Shown here: positions 1 to 13,289 of the stretch, one piece after another
Position numbering within the stretch: position 1 is the first letter of the stretch
Layout: every line of letters starts with the position of its first letter
DNA from: Eledone cirrhosa
Taxonomy: Eukaryota
Length of the DNA: 64,000 nucleotides
Direction of reading: 5' to 3'
Assembly (NCBI GenBank): GCA_964016885.1
Contig: OZ024743.1
Span: forward strand, 147,870,001-147,934,000
Position numbers and translations under genes: made by a program
Notes under the pieces: generated by a model
Told to the model about the DNA's origin: nothing
Databases searched by the model: none
What the model saw: the letters and a program-made list of their open reading frames with translations, nothing else

Positions 1-849
1 ATGGCGATGGATAATATACTTGCTTGCAAAACAAACAGAAAACTTTGTTTTGAAGGAAGCTCTGGACTGCCGGGCAATGGACCTACTTGGTGTTGGAAGG
101 AGATGAAGTGGAAGACATTCATATACATACACACATGCATACATATCTTATGTATGTCTTATTTACCTTATTTTTTCGTAGATTGAAAAGGATGAACAAC
201 TTATTATTTGAGAGACCTTCAGCAGACGCTATCTATATCTTTAGCAATCCACGGAGACATTTATAAGGAAAGACTTTGTACACAAATCGAATGTGTTAGT
301 ATTTGCAAACTGAATCAACTAATCGTCACAATGTTATTGTTTAGAGTGCTAACTAAATCAGTTATATATTATATGTATGAAACAGACATACACATTCACA
401 TGCATCGTATCTTCGGTTAATTCACTGGTCTATGTCCCATTTCATACCTCTAAGACCTCAAAAACTCATGTTATTCTCCAGACTCGGTACTTTGTTGTTA
501 AAACGTCTGGACATACGTCTGTGATGTTTGTAATCTGATTAAATTTACAATTTATGATGTATATGTTTGGGTAGGGTATTTAGTCATGTTTATTGGTGGT
601 TTACGATAGGCACATGTTACTCGATTCCAAGCGGATGTGTGCGGCTTTTCAGCAGCAGAATGTTTAACTGTTCGGCAGCGGTGGTGGACCGAATCGCGAG
701 ATTGTCTTTTGTGTCTACTTTGACAAACTGCTGCAGATCTCGACTACGGAGGCGGGTCATTGAAAGAGGCCGATAAAAGCTGCTTAGATAGGGAAAGCGA
801 TGAATGGATGCACGACAGCGAAATCGCCTGGAAACAGAACCGAAGAATT

Positions 850-1590
850 CTCAGTTCTGCGAGTCATGCAGCGGTAGTGTTTGTCGTCGGTTGTCTGGTG
901 GGTGAGGCTCAAACATGCGCCATCTCAAACGGATCCATCCATGACAAAATCCACATCACCCGATACATGAGAGAGGCTAATGAACCTGGCGCGCGTGGGA
1001 CTCTGATCACCTTAGGCAATCGGCTTCGTCTTGTCTTCAGAGCCCGAGACGCTACAATGCACAGCTTCATTCTGTACGCATTGACTCTTAATACTTATAG
1101 GTGTCGAAGTTGGAGCTGTTGTAGGACATCCCGTTTGAATCGGGACGGGAAAGGGCTGCATCCGGACATGCGAGCGGCGTGATTGTGATAGTATCATACA
1201 CATCGGAAATCTAGGCAGTTGGCAAATTCTTAGAGGAATAGGAAATGTTGACGGGAACAAAGACCAAACCGGAAAATTCAGTCGGTTTGCACCGTACTAA
1301 TATATGCTGCTCAACAGCGTCGTCGGTTTGGGCCAGATCTCCAAGTGGATAAGAATTGGGACGAGGTAACGAGCAGGGTGGCCACTCTCACCCAGAAAGA
1401 GGCTGGGATGCTGCGTTTCTCGAACGTTCGGGTGGTGGAAGCGAACGCCTACTTCACGTCCATCATTTATTAACCTCAGACCATCGTTCCTTGTTTCCGT
1501 TTGGGCCCCATCAAATTGGAGCGTCTGCTCTTCAACTTCTTGTAGAAGGGACACTTTCCATTTGTACGGGAGTCCATCTACTGCCGGCAG
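850..1590 (+). mobile_element. Highly degenerate Tx1/L1-type LINE RT fragment
   Basis: Translates to LVGEAQTCAISNGSIHDKIHITRY. Nucleotides 'ggccagatctccaagtggataagaattgggacgaggtaacgagcagggtggccactctcacccagaaa' match the GPDLQVDKNWDEVTSRV segment of the Tx1 copies at 35-44 kb. Many indels. Confidence 0.8.
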
Positions 1591-1593
1591 TGT

Positions 1594-1646
<53 letters not shown>

Positions 1647-1647
1647 T

Positions 1648-1740
<93 letters not shown>

Positions 1741-1757
1741 GAGCAGTAGTAGAAGTA
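1594..1757. repeat. Compound trinucleotide microsatellite (AGT)n(CAT)n(CAG)n(AGT)n
   Basis: Direct reading; it explains the poly-S/V/L/T ORFs. Confidence 0.97.
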
Positions 1758-2337
1758 GTTCCATAAATTCTCATTTATAAATAATCATTTTAAAATCGTG
1801 TCTCCTACAGTTAATATATGATACTAAAACCAGAAATCAATTTCTGTTTCAATCGTAATATTTCAACAGCTGTAATAATTATAACCATCTTGCAAATTAA
1901 ATTTAGAAACATTCGTATGTTGTTAATTGAGAATGTGAAATGTAAAGAGCTTATATTGGTATTTTTATTAGTAGAGATTGGTTAATTTTGAACATCTATT
2001 AAATTGATATTGAACACTTGCGGTTAGTTCATTAGAAAGAAGTAATTACATCATCGGTTGTTTTAATACAATTGTGTGCTAATGAAATTTACAGCAAAAT
2101 TAGTTTATGCGACATGTTAAGTTAATATTATCAACATGGACTCCATCTGTTTAATTAATGTTTACAAGCTGATGCAAATTATATCAAATTAATTTGGGGC
2201 TCTATTAGGAATACAAATGGATTAAGACATGACTGAACACTTTCTCATAATTCTCTTTCCCAATATCACTCTATTTCTATCACGCTCATGTTTATTTCTG
2301 TACCACACGACTTTCGCACTCTCTCGCTCTCTCTCTC

Positions 2338-2380
<43 letters not shown>

Positions 2381-2536
2381 TTATATAAATTTTGAGTATA
2401 TGTTGGTTGTATACCAACACCTCAGTATGCAGGCTGGAGCACTCGACGAAGTGCGCAGGTTGGTTTGGTTACTCCGGAGTAATGTAAAATAAAGTTATAT
2501 AAAAAGTCAAATTTTTAAAATTTAGCTTCGTTTATT

Positions 2537-2591
2537 ACTGCTATATATATTTCAGTGACAGCCTTCTTTGGCTGTGACCTCTTCAGGCAGT
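2537..2591 (-). ncRNA. Minimal type I hammerhead ribozyme (H1)
   Basis: Reverse complement reads ACTGC-CTGAAGA-GGTCACAGCC-aaagaa-GGCTGTCACT-GAA-ATATATAT-A-GCAGT. Stem I is ACTGC/GCAGT; stem II is 10 bp with one C-C mismatch and a closing G-U; stem III is palindromic; the site is AUA. Confidence 0.85.
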
Positions 2592-2711
2592 CCGAATTAG
2601 TGTGATATAGACAAGTCTATACCACACTAATTCGGACTGCCTGAAGAGGTCACAGCCAAAGAAGGCTGTCACTGAAATATATATAGACAAGTCTATACCA
2701 CACTAATTCGG

Positions 2712-2766
2712 ACTGCCTGAAGAGGTCACAGCCAAAGAAGGCTGTCACTGAAATATATATAGCAGT
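2712..2766 (+). ncRNA. Minimal type I hammerhead ribozyme (H1)
   Basis: Same motif on the plus strand: CTGAAGA 2717-2723, GAAA 2750-2753, predicted cleavage after 2761. An upstream tandem copy (2636-2685) lacks the 3' strand of stem I. Confidence 0.85.
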
Positions 2767-2816
2767 AATAAACAAAGCTAACTTTTAAACATTTGACTTT
2801 TTATTTAACTTTATAT

Positions 2817-3450
<634 letters not shown>

Positions 3451-3524
3451 TCACACTCTGCTCTGTAAGAACATAGAGTGCTCAACCGGCATACCGCCTA
3501 TGGAAGCTTCTTAGCTACCATCAG

Positions 3525-3563
<39 letters not shown>

Positions 3564-3952
3564 ATCTCTGATGATATGGGATCGATTGAGCATTGGATAT
3601 CGAATGCTCTACTAAATATATAATATTATAGATGTAGCGAGATCTAGGCAAATAGATGTCTATTGAAACGTACGTAAGAACCGAATAAATCTCTTTTACT
3701 GCATCTTTCTGTTCTTTTTAATTCTCTATACACGCCCCGGAATATAGCTAAACTGGAATATACACCTTTTCTCTGCATTTCGTTGAGCACCACTCTTTTG
3801 TAAGCTGACATTCCACTACACGGTACATAACACTGTGTCCTGGAAAACATTAATGCACTCGTGCATAACCAATTATATATATATATATATATATAACTGT
3901 TTCATTCGAAGGGAATCATCAGGAAAGTTCTGTAGAAGTCATTATATCTTGC

Positions 3953-4072
3953 CATTCTGAGTTCAAATCACGCCGAGTTTAACTTTGCCTTTCATCCTTA
4001 CGGGGTCGATAAAATAAAGTACCAGTAACGTACTGGGTAATTGCTGGCCTTGTGCCAAAAGTAGAAACAATT
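3953..4072 (+). mobile_element. 5'-truncated tRNA-derived SINE (Nin/Deu-like core)
   Basis: B-box-like gagttcaaatc, core gcctttcatccttacggggtcgataaaataaagtaccag, and 3' end ccttgtgccaaaagtagaaacaatt. Confidence 0.9.
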
Positions 4073-4183
4073 ATATATATATATATATATATAAATTACT
4101 TCTTCTGGACAGGGACTTTTTAATTCGTATTTAATCATCCTGGTGATTTTATACGAATGAAACAGTTCTAGTCTGTAGAAGTG

Positions 4184-4232
<49 letters not shown>

Positions 4233-4689
4233 AAATATGACTTAATTCTATCAATGTATTGAGTTTTTTTTTTAAATGTGGTTACCCGCCCCCGACTAAG
4301 TCTGGAATCTACATATTATACATATATATATAGAGAAATGAATAAACCATTAATAAATATATTCATATATATTTTTTTTTCTCTCTACTACTACTACTAC
4401 TACTACTACTTGTCTTATGTATCTTAAACAAAATGGGAAGCCAACGGCCGAACCTGACTTGGCCCCTGAGATGGAACAGGCTCTGGCCTACTGGACAGGC
4501 GAAGGCTCTCTATCCCCCAGTATGCTACAGTCCAACGTAAGTGGGGGGACATCAATTGCAGATCTGTCAGGCAATCGAGTCTGGCTTGGACCAACACTAT
4601 CTCGCCTGCCTGCACTTCACTTCTCAGCCCACCAGCGGTGCGTAGCTCAATTCGGTACCCTCTTCATCAACCGGTACCCTTCTTGATGA

Positions 4690-5270
4690 TGAGTACACTC
4701 GCATTGGAGTAGCTCAATGCCTTGGCCTCTATGTGTGTGAGCCACATAAATGCCGCTGCGGGGCGGTTGTTGACAAGTTCGGCCTGCACCCTCTGTCTTG
4801 TGTTCAGAGCGCAGGCCGGTACCCCCGGAACGCCGTTCTCAATGACATACTGAAAAGGAGCCTGGGCGCTGCTGGCTTTCCATCTCAACTGGAGCCAACT
4901 GGCCTAGACCGCGGAGATGGCAAGTGCCCCGATTAATCACCCTCTTGCCATTCGAGGGAGTTAGATCTCTCATTTGGGACGCCACCTGCTGCGACACCTT
5001 CTCCGCCTCCAACTTACTCGCTTCGGCCACAAACCCCGCAGAAGAACGTAAAATAAACAAATAACGGGGTTTGTCCGGCCACTTCCTCTTTGCACCGGTC
5101 ACCGTCGAGACCTCAGGCGTACTTGGACCCTGTATAGCCGAGCCTCTCGGCAAGATCAAAAGTCGGCGGCCCGCCTGAGGAGGGGTTGGGTGGCTGTTAC
5201 AGCGAGTGTAACTGGCCATTGTCCGCGGGAATGCTTTTGCGGTCCTGTCCGCGGTCCACAGCCCTTCTAT
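4690..5270 (+). mobile_element. 3' fragment of a CRE-like non-LTR retrotransposon (zinc finger plus restriction-like endonuclease)
   Basis: HKCRCG...GLHPLSC (Zn motif), RNAVLNDILKRSL (RH-N motif), RGDGKCPD (RPD), then in another frame LIWDATCCDT and FAPVTVETSGVLGP. This is a PD-(D/E)xK REL domain of CRE type, frameshifted. Confidence 0.75.
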
Positions 5271-5739
5271 TCCCATACCCTAGGCCCAAAGCCCAATCAC
5301 CCCCCTCTCGTCTGAGACACCAGCGTTCTTGCCATACCCTCCCCTTCCCGTTTTTATTTCTTTTTTCTTTTTTTCTCTATATTTTCTTATTCTCTCTTTT
5401 CTTTTGTTTCATTTTCTTTTTTATTATTATTGATGTTATTATTGTTGTCGTTATTATGTATATAATAACGACATATATATGCATTATTTGTTATTGATGA
5501 TTTACTCAAGTCGAACTCTCCCGCAATACTTCTATCCTCACTAGGTACCCCAAACCAGTTTCATTTTAGAACCATTTCTATGAGGATTCTCTTTTTCCAT
5601 AATTATGTTTATCGAAGACAAACCTTAAAATACCAACCTGAGCATTTATCATTAAATCTACACTAGTGTATTTCTTTGCCCTAGGAAAGGAGGGCACGCA
5701 AAGGTTATAGGTTGACTCAATCATGTTTTTTAAAAGGTA

Positions 5740-6950
5740 GCAAAATTGGACATCTGAACATTTTAAATTTGCACTGTTATATTGCTAATAGATGTAGTAC
5801 TGATTGTAATAGTTTTGTAAATTCTAGTTCATTTCGAGCAGAAAATGAACTAAAATTCAGTACCAAGAGAGTAAAAGTCATCGATGACGTATAAAAATCT
5901 GAAAGTACGTGTCTGGAATTCTTACTGACTACTAAGATACTGTGATATGATCACAACATAAAACATATATAACAAGACACATGCATGTTTATGGTAGATA
6001 AAGATATCGTATGTACCTTCATATACACCCCTAGGATGAAGCAAGCTATGTTAATACTAGTTTTAAATAAATGTGGCTAGTCAAATTCGCATTATATACA
6101 AATAAGCATCCCCAGTCAATGTTTCATTTTGAATTATATGCAAACGAGCAACTCCAGCGGAGGATTCATATGTAAAATAACAAAAATAAAAAAAACAAGA
6201 CAAAACAACATATAAGCTTTCAGATTTTTCAAGTCTCATAACTGAGTGTTTGATTGTCACTGATGACGCATAAACCTCCAGAAGAATGTGTATGTCATTA
6301 TTATCGGCTACTGAGTTAGCTATGATATGATCACGGAATAAAACATTCATAAAGAGACGCATGATTATTGTACATAATGATATGATATATTTATTCATAC
6401 ACACCCCTATTATGTTAGTTCTACTGAGGGCGGTGGATTGGCAGTATCGGTAGAGGGTTGGACGCCATGCTTTGACGCATAGAGTTACGGTCCTTGCCAT
6501 TCTGAGTTCAAATCCCGCCGAGGTCAACTTTGTCTTTCATCCTTACGAGGTCGATAAAATAAAGTACCAGTAATGCACTGGGTAATTGCTGGCCTTGTGC
6601 CAAAAGTAGAAACAATTATGTTAGTTCTATTGCCAATTAATCCTATACAGTCAAGGTTGCGTTATATGCAAATGAGCATCACTAGTCAATATTTCATTTT
6701 GCACTATATGCAAATGAGTTTCTCCAGCCGATGTTTCATACATAAGAATTCACATAAACTTTTAGGTTATTCATGACGGATAAAATCGACTGGTTCGTGT
6801 CTGGCAATCTCAACAGCTACTGAGATAGTTGTAACAAGATCACAGCTTTACATATTTATAACGAGAAACTTGTATGTTTATTATACACAAAATTATCGTA
6901 TCTGCATTGATATATACAATATAATGAACGTCATGTTAGTGTTAATTATT
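5740..6950. repeat. Old diverged tandem repeat, about three units of ~300-380 bp, interrupted by a SINE
   Basis: The motif ctact(a/g)ag...gatcac recurs near 5930, 6308 and 6817; gcatc.c.agtcaat.tttcatttt recurs near 6106 and 6676. Confidence 0.55.
6429..6617 (+). mobile_element. Full-length tRNA-derived SINE with target-site duplication
   Basis: A-box-like tggcagtatcgg, B box gagttcaaatcc, Nin/Deu-like core. TSD attatgttagttcta at 6409-6423 and 6615-6629. Confidence 0.93.
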
Positions 6951-7140
6951 ATATTTCTCTAGATATGTCTAGAATATACCTTATAATATTTGTCAATATA
7001 TTTCTCTTATTTGAAAACAGTCATGTTATCTTTGATAATCTTGCAAGAGTAACGTGGATAAACGAAATACTAGTAATATTTTGAACCTATAAACAATCAT
7101 CACACCTGCTAAATTAATGAAATTAAACAAGTTAGATGTA

Positions 7141-8037
7141 AGAGGTGTGTCAGAAAAGTTCCAGGGCTGATGTCACAAAATATTTATTTCAAACCCAAAC
7201 TTCACACTAGGAGTTTTCACCTTCAAAGTAATCCCCCTGGAGTCTAATGCACTTTTCTATCCTTTTCTGCCATGCTTGCATGTACTCCTGGAAGGATTCT
7301 TCCGGGATCCTCCGCAGTTCCGTCGTCACGGCCTTTTTGATGTCGTTCACGTCTTCAAAACGGGTACCCTCCGAGTCGTACTCGAAGATCCATGACTCAT
7401 CACCGGTGATGACTGTCCCTAGCAAGTCTGGTTCGGTTTCAAGACGCTCGAGGATGTCCTGGCACACTTGCATACGTCGACCCTTCTGGTCATGGTTCAG
7501 GAGTTTTGGCACCATCTTCGCGCAGACTTTCCGCATATCCAAATCTTCAGTGAGAATCTTCCACATGCTGTCCCGATTCATGCCCAGCTCATTTGGCATC
7601 AGTCGAACAGTCAGTCGACGATCGCTACGCACCATCTGCCTGACGCGCTCAATGTTGACCTCAGTTCTGGTTGTTGAGGGCCTTCCGCTCCTGGGGTCAT
7701 CTTCCACGTCCTCGCGTCCTTTTTTAAACCTCTTGCACCAGTCAAAAACACGTGAGCGTGACATCGTCTCATCTCCGTACTCTTGCTGCAGCAATCCCAG
7801 TGCTTCTGATGGAGTTTTCAAGTTTTGTTCGTTGCTCTGTGTTCATTGCTTGACGACCTGAAAAAGAGGACATGTAAATAAAATTATGAAGAAAAAAGTT
7901 TGATCGCTGCAGAGAGCTAAGATTACAGTTACATACTCCAGGGGGATTACTTTGAAGGAGAAAACTCTTAGTGTGAAGTTTGGATTTGAAATAAATCTTT
8001 TGTGACATCAGTCCTGGAACTTTTCTGACACACCTCG
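7141..8037 (-). mobile_element. Internally deleted mariner DNA transposon with ~100-bp inverted termini and TA TSD
   Basis: TA at 7139-7140 and 8038-8039. The termini 7141-7243 and ~7935-8037 are inverted copies (gaggtgtgtcagaaaagttccagg...). Confidence 0.93.
7207..7821 (-). pseudogene. Mariner transposase with catalytic core deleted
   Basis: HTH region (MSRSRVFDWCKRFKKGREDVEDDPRSGRPST), linker MVPKLL (WVPHEL-like), first catalytic Asp in ITGDESWIFEYD, then a direct in-frame jump to GTRFEDV...CIRLQGDYFEG. The second and third Asp motifs are absent, and the N-terminus is frameshifted. Confidence 0.9.
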
Positions 8038-8344
8038 TATATCGGCAAAGTAGAAAAGACTTGACGAAGGTGCCGTGCAGTTATACAGTACCCCAAACCA
8101 CAGGGCGGCAAAGCAAAGACCTTAACCACATTCACATACATGCACACACATGAACATAGATGCAGACATAGAAAAACACACGCGCACACACACAAACTCA
8201 TATATATATATGTGTGTGCGTGTGTGTGTGTATACGTGTGTGTGCGTGTGTGCGTGTGGGCGTGTGTGTTTGTAATATGGGTTCAACCAGGCCTAACCAG
8301 AGTAAGTAAGGAACTCAAAACATAGCAGATTATAAATATTTAAT

Positions 8345-8460
8345 ATAGAAATGGTTTATACAGGACTAGTACTGTTTCATTTGAAGGGAATCATCAGAAA
8401 AGCCCTGATGATTTCGTTCGTATGAAACAGTTCTTGTCCTCTATATGCCATTTCTGTATT
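8345..8460. repeat. Short fold-back with hammerhead-like cores in both arms (H6, weak)
   Basis: 'ctgtttcatttgaagggaatcatcag' is inverted to 'ctgatgatttcgttcgtatgaaacag'. Related copies at 3898-3940 (-) and 4140-4182 (+). Confidence 0.5.
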
Positions 8461-8499
8461 ATATATATATATTTCTATATATATATATATATGGAGAGT

Positions 8500-8535
<36 letters not shown>

Positions 8536-8563
8536 ATATATACGTATATAAATATATATGGAG

Positions 8564-8613
<50 letters not shown>

Positions 8614-8801
8614 TTATATACGATATATATATACATATATACATTTGATGTGATCAATATAATTGTGTATATATACATACATATATATATATATATACGT
8701 ATATATATATATATGGAGAATTATATATATATATATATATATAAACAATATATATATACATAGATATATACATTTGATGTGATCAATATAATTGTGTATA
8801 T

Positions 8802-8844
<43 letters not shown>

Positions 8845-9210
8845 ATTATATTGATCACATCAAATGTTATAATACATAAAGCCATAAAACTACTTAAGTT
8901 TGATATCATAATAGTTTAGACTATCATAAAGAGACGTTGACACATATATTTTGATAGACTTGTAGAATGTTTCTGAAAAATATTACATTTGAAAATGTTG
9001 TCCCACCCTTGTTTCCATTGAAAAAATATTAATACTTTGAAAGTTTAGGAAAAATGAATTACGGTAAAAAGAGAGAAAAGAAAGTTTGAAAAAAAAATGA
9101 AATATAAAATCCCCTGAAAACTCTTGTCAAATTCTCCAATTGCATCAATGTTAAAGTTAATTTCATCAAGAAAATACAGGTAAAGATACAAACAAACTAT
9201 ATAACGCTAT

Positions 9211-9510
9211 ATACGTACATATATACATACATACATACATACATACATACGTACGTACATACATACATACATACATACATACATACATACATACATACAT
9301 ACGTACATATATACATACATACATACATACGTACATATATACATACATATATACATACGTACATACGTACATACGTACATATATACATATACATACATAT
9401 TCATACGTACATATACATACGTACATATATACATACATATATACATACATACATACATGCATACATGGATACATGCTTACATACCTACATATATACATAC
9501 ATACGTACAT
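9211..9510. repeat. (ATAC)n microsatellite
   Basis: Direct reading. Confidence 0.95.
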
Positions 9511-9608
9511 CCATATCTATCTACAAACATGCTTACATAAATATATACATGAATACAGAGATATGTATTATATATGTATATATATATATAAATATACACG
9601 CATATGTA

Positions 9609-9661
<53 letters not shown>

Positions 9662-9924
9662 ATGTTTGTGTATATATATATGTATATATATATAATCAGA
9701 GAGGTGGTTTGTATGGGAGTTGAAAGGCAGGGAGAGCGACAGAAGAAAGCACAGTCTAATATAAAATTGTAAACGCAATTCTGTTGGGAGTAAGAAAGAT
9801 GAAGTTTGCATGACACATAAACACATGCTTACAGAGGGAAACATTCACTTTCTGACAAACACTGCATGCAAATACTCTTTCAACCTCCCCTCTCTCTCTC
9901 TCACTCTCTCACTCTCTCTCTATC

Positions 9925-10308
<384 letters not shown>

Positions 10309-11819
10309 TAAAATTTTTGCAGCTTTTCAACTAAATTGAAAATTACATAACTATGTTTTATATTTATCATTTATTGATTCTTATTATTTATTTTTATTAC
10401 TACAAACGTCACGTTGCCAATTGTCGCTTTCTTGTTACGTTTCTTATTTTTTCTGCTACAGTTGAATTTCTTTTTTATTATGAGCTTGTAAAGAAGATAT
10501 TTTTTAAAACGTATATCTTCGACATTCGTACATATTACTCATTTTTCCGTATATGTTTCCAAATGATTGCATATGTCTATCTGTTTGTGAGTTTATATGA
10601 AATAAGTGTGCATGAGTGTTTATTTGAGAAAGTGCATTCGAATGTGTGTTTGCTTAGGTAGAAAAGGGGTGTAGTGATTCCTCGCCTTTTACTGCCTTCA
10701 CTACCCTTTTACTTTTACTAGCAATGACAACACAAGCCATCAAACTCTATACCACCAGTCCCCAAGATCATTTACTTATGTACATACAGAAATTATATTG
10801 AGAAGGATTTGATTGATTTTTAATTATTTGTATTCATACGTATATATGCGCGTGTGAATAGGATTTGTGTGTATGCGTGCGTGGGTAGGCGTGAGTGTGT
10901 ATGAATGTTTGTCGTCTGATTTAGAGGTTTGTTCGAATGATGGTTGGACAGAGGTAAAAAGATTTCAGATTTGACGTGAATGACGGTGGTGGTTGCATAG
11001 TGAAAGTTAATGTATTGATATATCATGGAAGCTCTTTCGCATAAAAATGTAATTTTAAAAGTTAGAAGAAAATTGCAGTTCTTTGAAAGAGATTGAAAGA
11101 GAAAGAACTAATAAAGAAAGACAGCATAAGGGAAGGAAGAAAACCAGAAGGAAATAAGCAGAAAGGTGTGGTGAAGATGGAGTAAAAAGGAGTATGTGAT
11201 AAGAGATTAAATAATTGTTTCTTGTTTTGGCACAAGACCAGCAATTACCCAGTGTAAATAATGCTCGAAAGACGATAATATGGAGAGAAAGTGAGAAATA
11301 AATTGATCAAAGGAAATTGTAAGGTAATGGAGAGGCAGAGATGGAGAAACATGGACAACTTAAAATCTATTTTAGCTTTCAGATCTGACGTTGATGGTCA
11401 CGTTATCGACTCATGTGATTTAGAAATTATTAAAACACAATAGAGAGATATAAACATTAATATACTACTTGTCACTGAGAAATTGATTAAATTTAATAAA
11501 AAAATTAAATCATATCAACCTATCCTTAGCACCATGAAAAATATTCAAAAGCCTATATATGTATATCAACAAAGGATCAACGGGAAACCCACTATGAGGT
11601 CACTATGAGGTCACTTAGATTTGGCAGCCAGATTTCCATTGAATCACACCCTACGGCCTGAAGAGCGGATGATGACAGGCGTGTATGAGAAAATTGTAGG
11701 TCGGGAGTAATGTGCTGAATAATACTGACCTGGAAAGTATATTTCATCGAGTACACACACAGACTATTGTATCAGAATGCATTTCTTGATCCATTTGCAA
11801 TATACATATATATATACAT

Positions 11820-11878
<59 letters not shown>

Positions 11879-11922
11879 GATATATATATATAAATGTATA
11901 TATATATATATGAATGTATATC

Positions 11923-11956
<34 letters not shown>

Positions 11957-12987
11957 AAGTATATGCAGTTTGTCAGGTGGTAGTAAGAGGTTAAGGGTTC
12001 GATTTGCACTTGTAGTGCGAAAACTTATCTTTGAGTCTATGGTTACAATAAATTGATCTTTCGATTTTATTGTTGAGTAACTTATTCTTCGAACTCAAAA
12101 TGCATATACTTAGACTTTCTACCCTCTTATTGTATCTAACCCCTTTAATTACCCACAAAAACCAATACCTATATCCCTCCCTTCTCCTTCATTCCTTTTC
12201 TATTTCTTTTCGTTTTCTTCCTTTCTCTCTCCCCTTTTTGGCTATCTTTTCTCTTCTTCTTTCTCCCCCCTTCTTTATTTTTATTTTTATTTTTTTATAT
12301 ATATATATATTTCTCTCGATATATCCCCCCTCTCTCTCTCTCTCTCTCACTCTCTCTTCATCCCTCCCACTATAAACAATTTAATTCTCTTTAACTCACT
12401 ACAATGTAAATCGACGACATGAAGTCTACGTATCAAAACTGATCAAGGAATCCTTCCACCTGTACCCCTCCCTCCATCTCAGTTTGTCACTCTACTTCCT
12501 AACTCTTCTCCCCCTTCCTCTCTCTCTATACTATTCCGTTTGTCCCCCCCCACCACCACTTTCTAATTCCTCTTCCTCTCTCTATATACTAGTAAATACA
12601 ATTCCAAAAAATGTTTTTCTCTATATATTAAAACTATTTTAAGAGTAACTTACTCACTATTTTGAAAATTTGGACGTGAACAACAATTATCATTGAGTGG
12701 CTGCTATATGCAGTATAGCAATATAAGGTTGCACTTACCAATGAAACGGTCGTAAATACATGGATAAAACCCTTTTCTTAATGCTTACCTGTGTTTTCTC
12801 TTTTATACTTTATACTCAAAGATTGAACGGAATTCTTACAAACTTGTGGAGTTACCCGTAACCGTACGTTAAAACCGTTCATGAAACTGGCTTTCTTAAC
12901 CATTATATATATATATAGTAATAATAATAAATGTGAAGACTAAAATCCAAAGAGGGCTCAATAAGGATAAATATATATCATATATAT

Positions 12988-13238
12988 ATCATCATCATCA
13001 GGTCGAGCTTGCTCGGTTTTCTACGACACGTTTCCTGCATCCATCCCTGCTCTCTTAGCGTTTGCCAGTTCTTCCGCAGTGCATCCAGTATCGTCCTCAA
13101 GTTGCTTGACATATGTCTTCTTGGGACGACCAGCGTTCCTTGCTCCATGAGATGGACTCCATAACAACACAGCACCTGCTATTTCTTCCTTGCTGCGCCA
13201 ACAGTGGCCAGCAAATCTGAGTCTCTCTCCACGTATTG
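12988..13238 (-). mobile_element. 3' end of an RTE-like LINE with (GAT)n tail
   Basis: RGERLRFAGHCWRSKEEIAGAVLLWSPSHGARNAGRPKKTYVKQLEDDTG resembles the RTE C-terminal GH...R-GRP motif. Tail atcatcatca at ~12988-13000. Confidence 0.75.
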
Positions 13239-13289
13239 AGCTGCGTGTTTTTTTGTGTGTACGTGCTTGTATTTGCATACCCATGGCTT

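Larger units (their letters stand above)
2387..2822. mobile_element. Fold-back non-coding hammerhead element, family H1, inside (TA)n
   Basis: The arm at ~2481-2610 is the reverse complement of ~2686-2822. There is an extra 76-bp tandem copy (CTGAAGA at 2641 and 2717), and (TA)n on both sides. A related copy lies at ~14350-14570. Confidence 0.85.

Noticed and set aside
1297-1780. ORFs with poly-L, poly-V, poly-S and poly-T tracts
   Set aside because: They are translations of a compound trinucleotide microsatellite plus a LINE remnant.
2612-2763. 76-bp direct repeat as a possible CRISPR-like array
   Set aside because: Only two identical units with no unique spacers, in a eukaryotic context with no cas genes; it is explained as a tandem hammerhead.
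6429-6520. Possible tRNA gene (A and B boxes)
   Set aside because: No cloverleaf, over-long box spacing, and multi-copy with a shared tail and TSDs; it is a SINE head.
7247-7861. 204-aa plus-strand ORF
   Set aside because: It is the antisense shadow of the mariner transposase frame.
12690-12790. Hairpin ending caatGAAACGGTC, a possible hammerhead
   Set aside because: No CUGANGA upstream and no stem I; single copy in the window.
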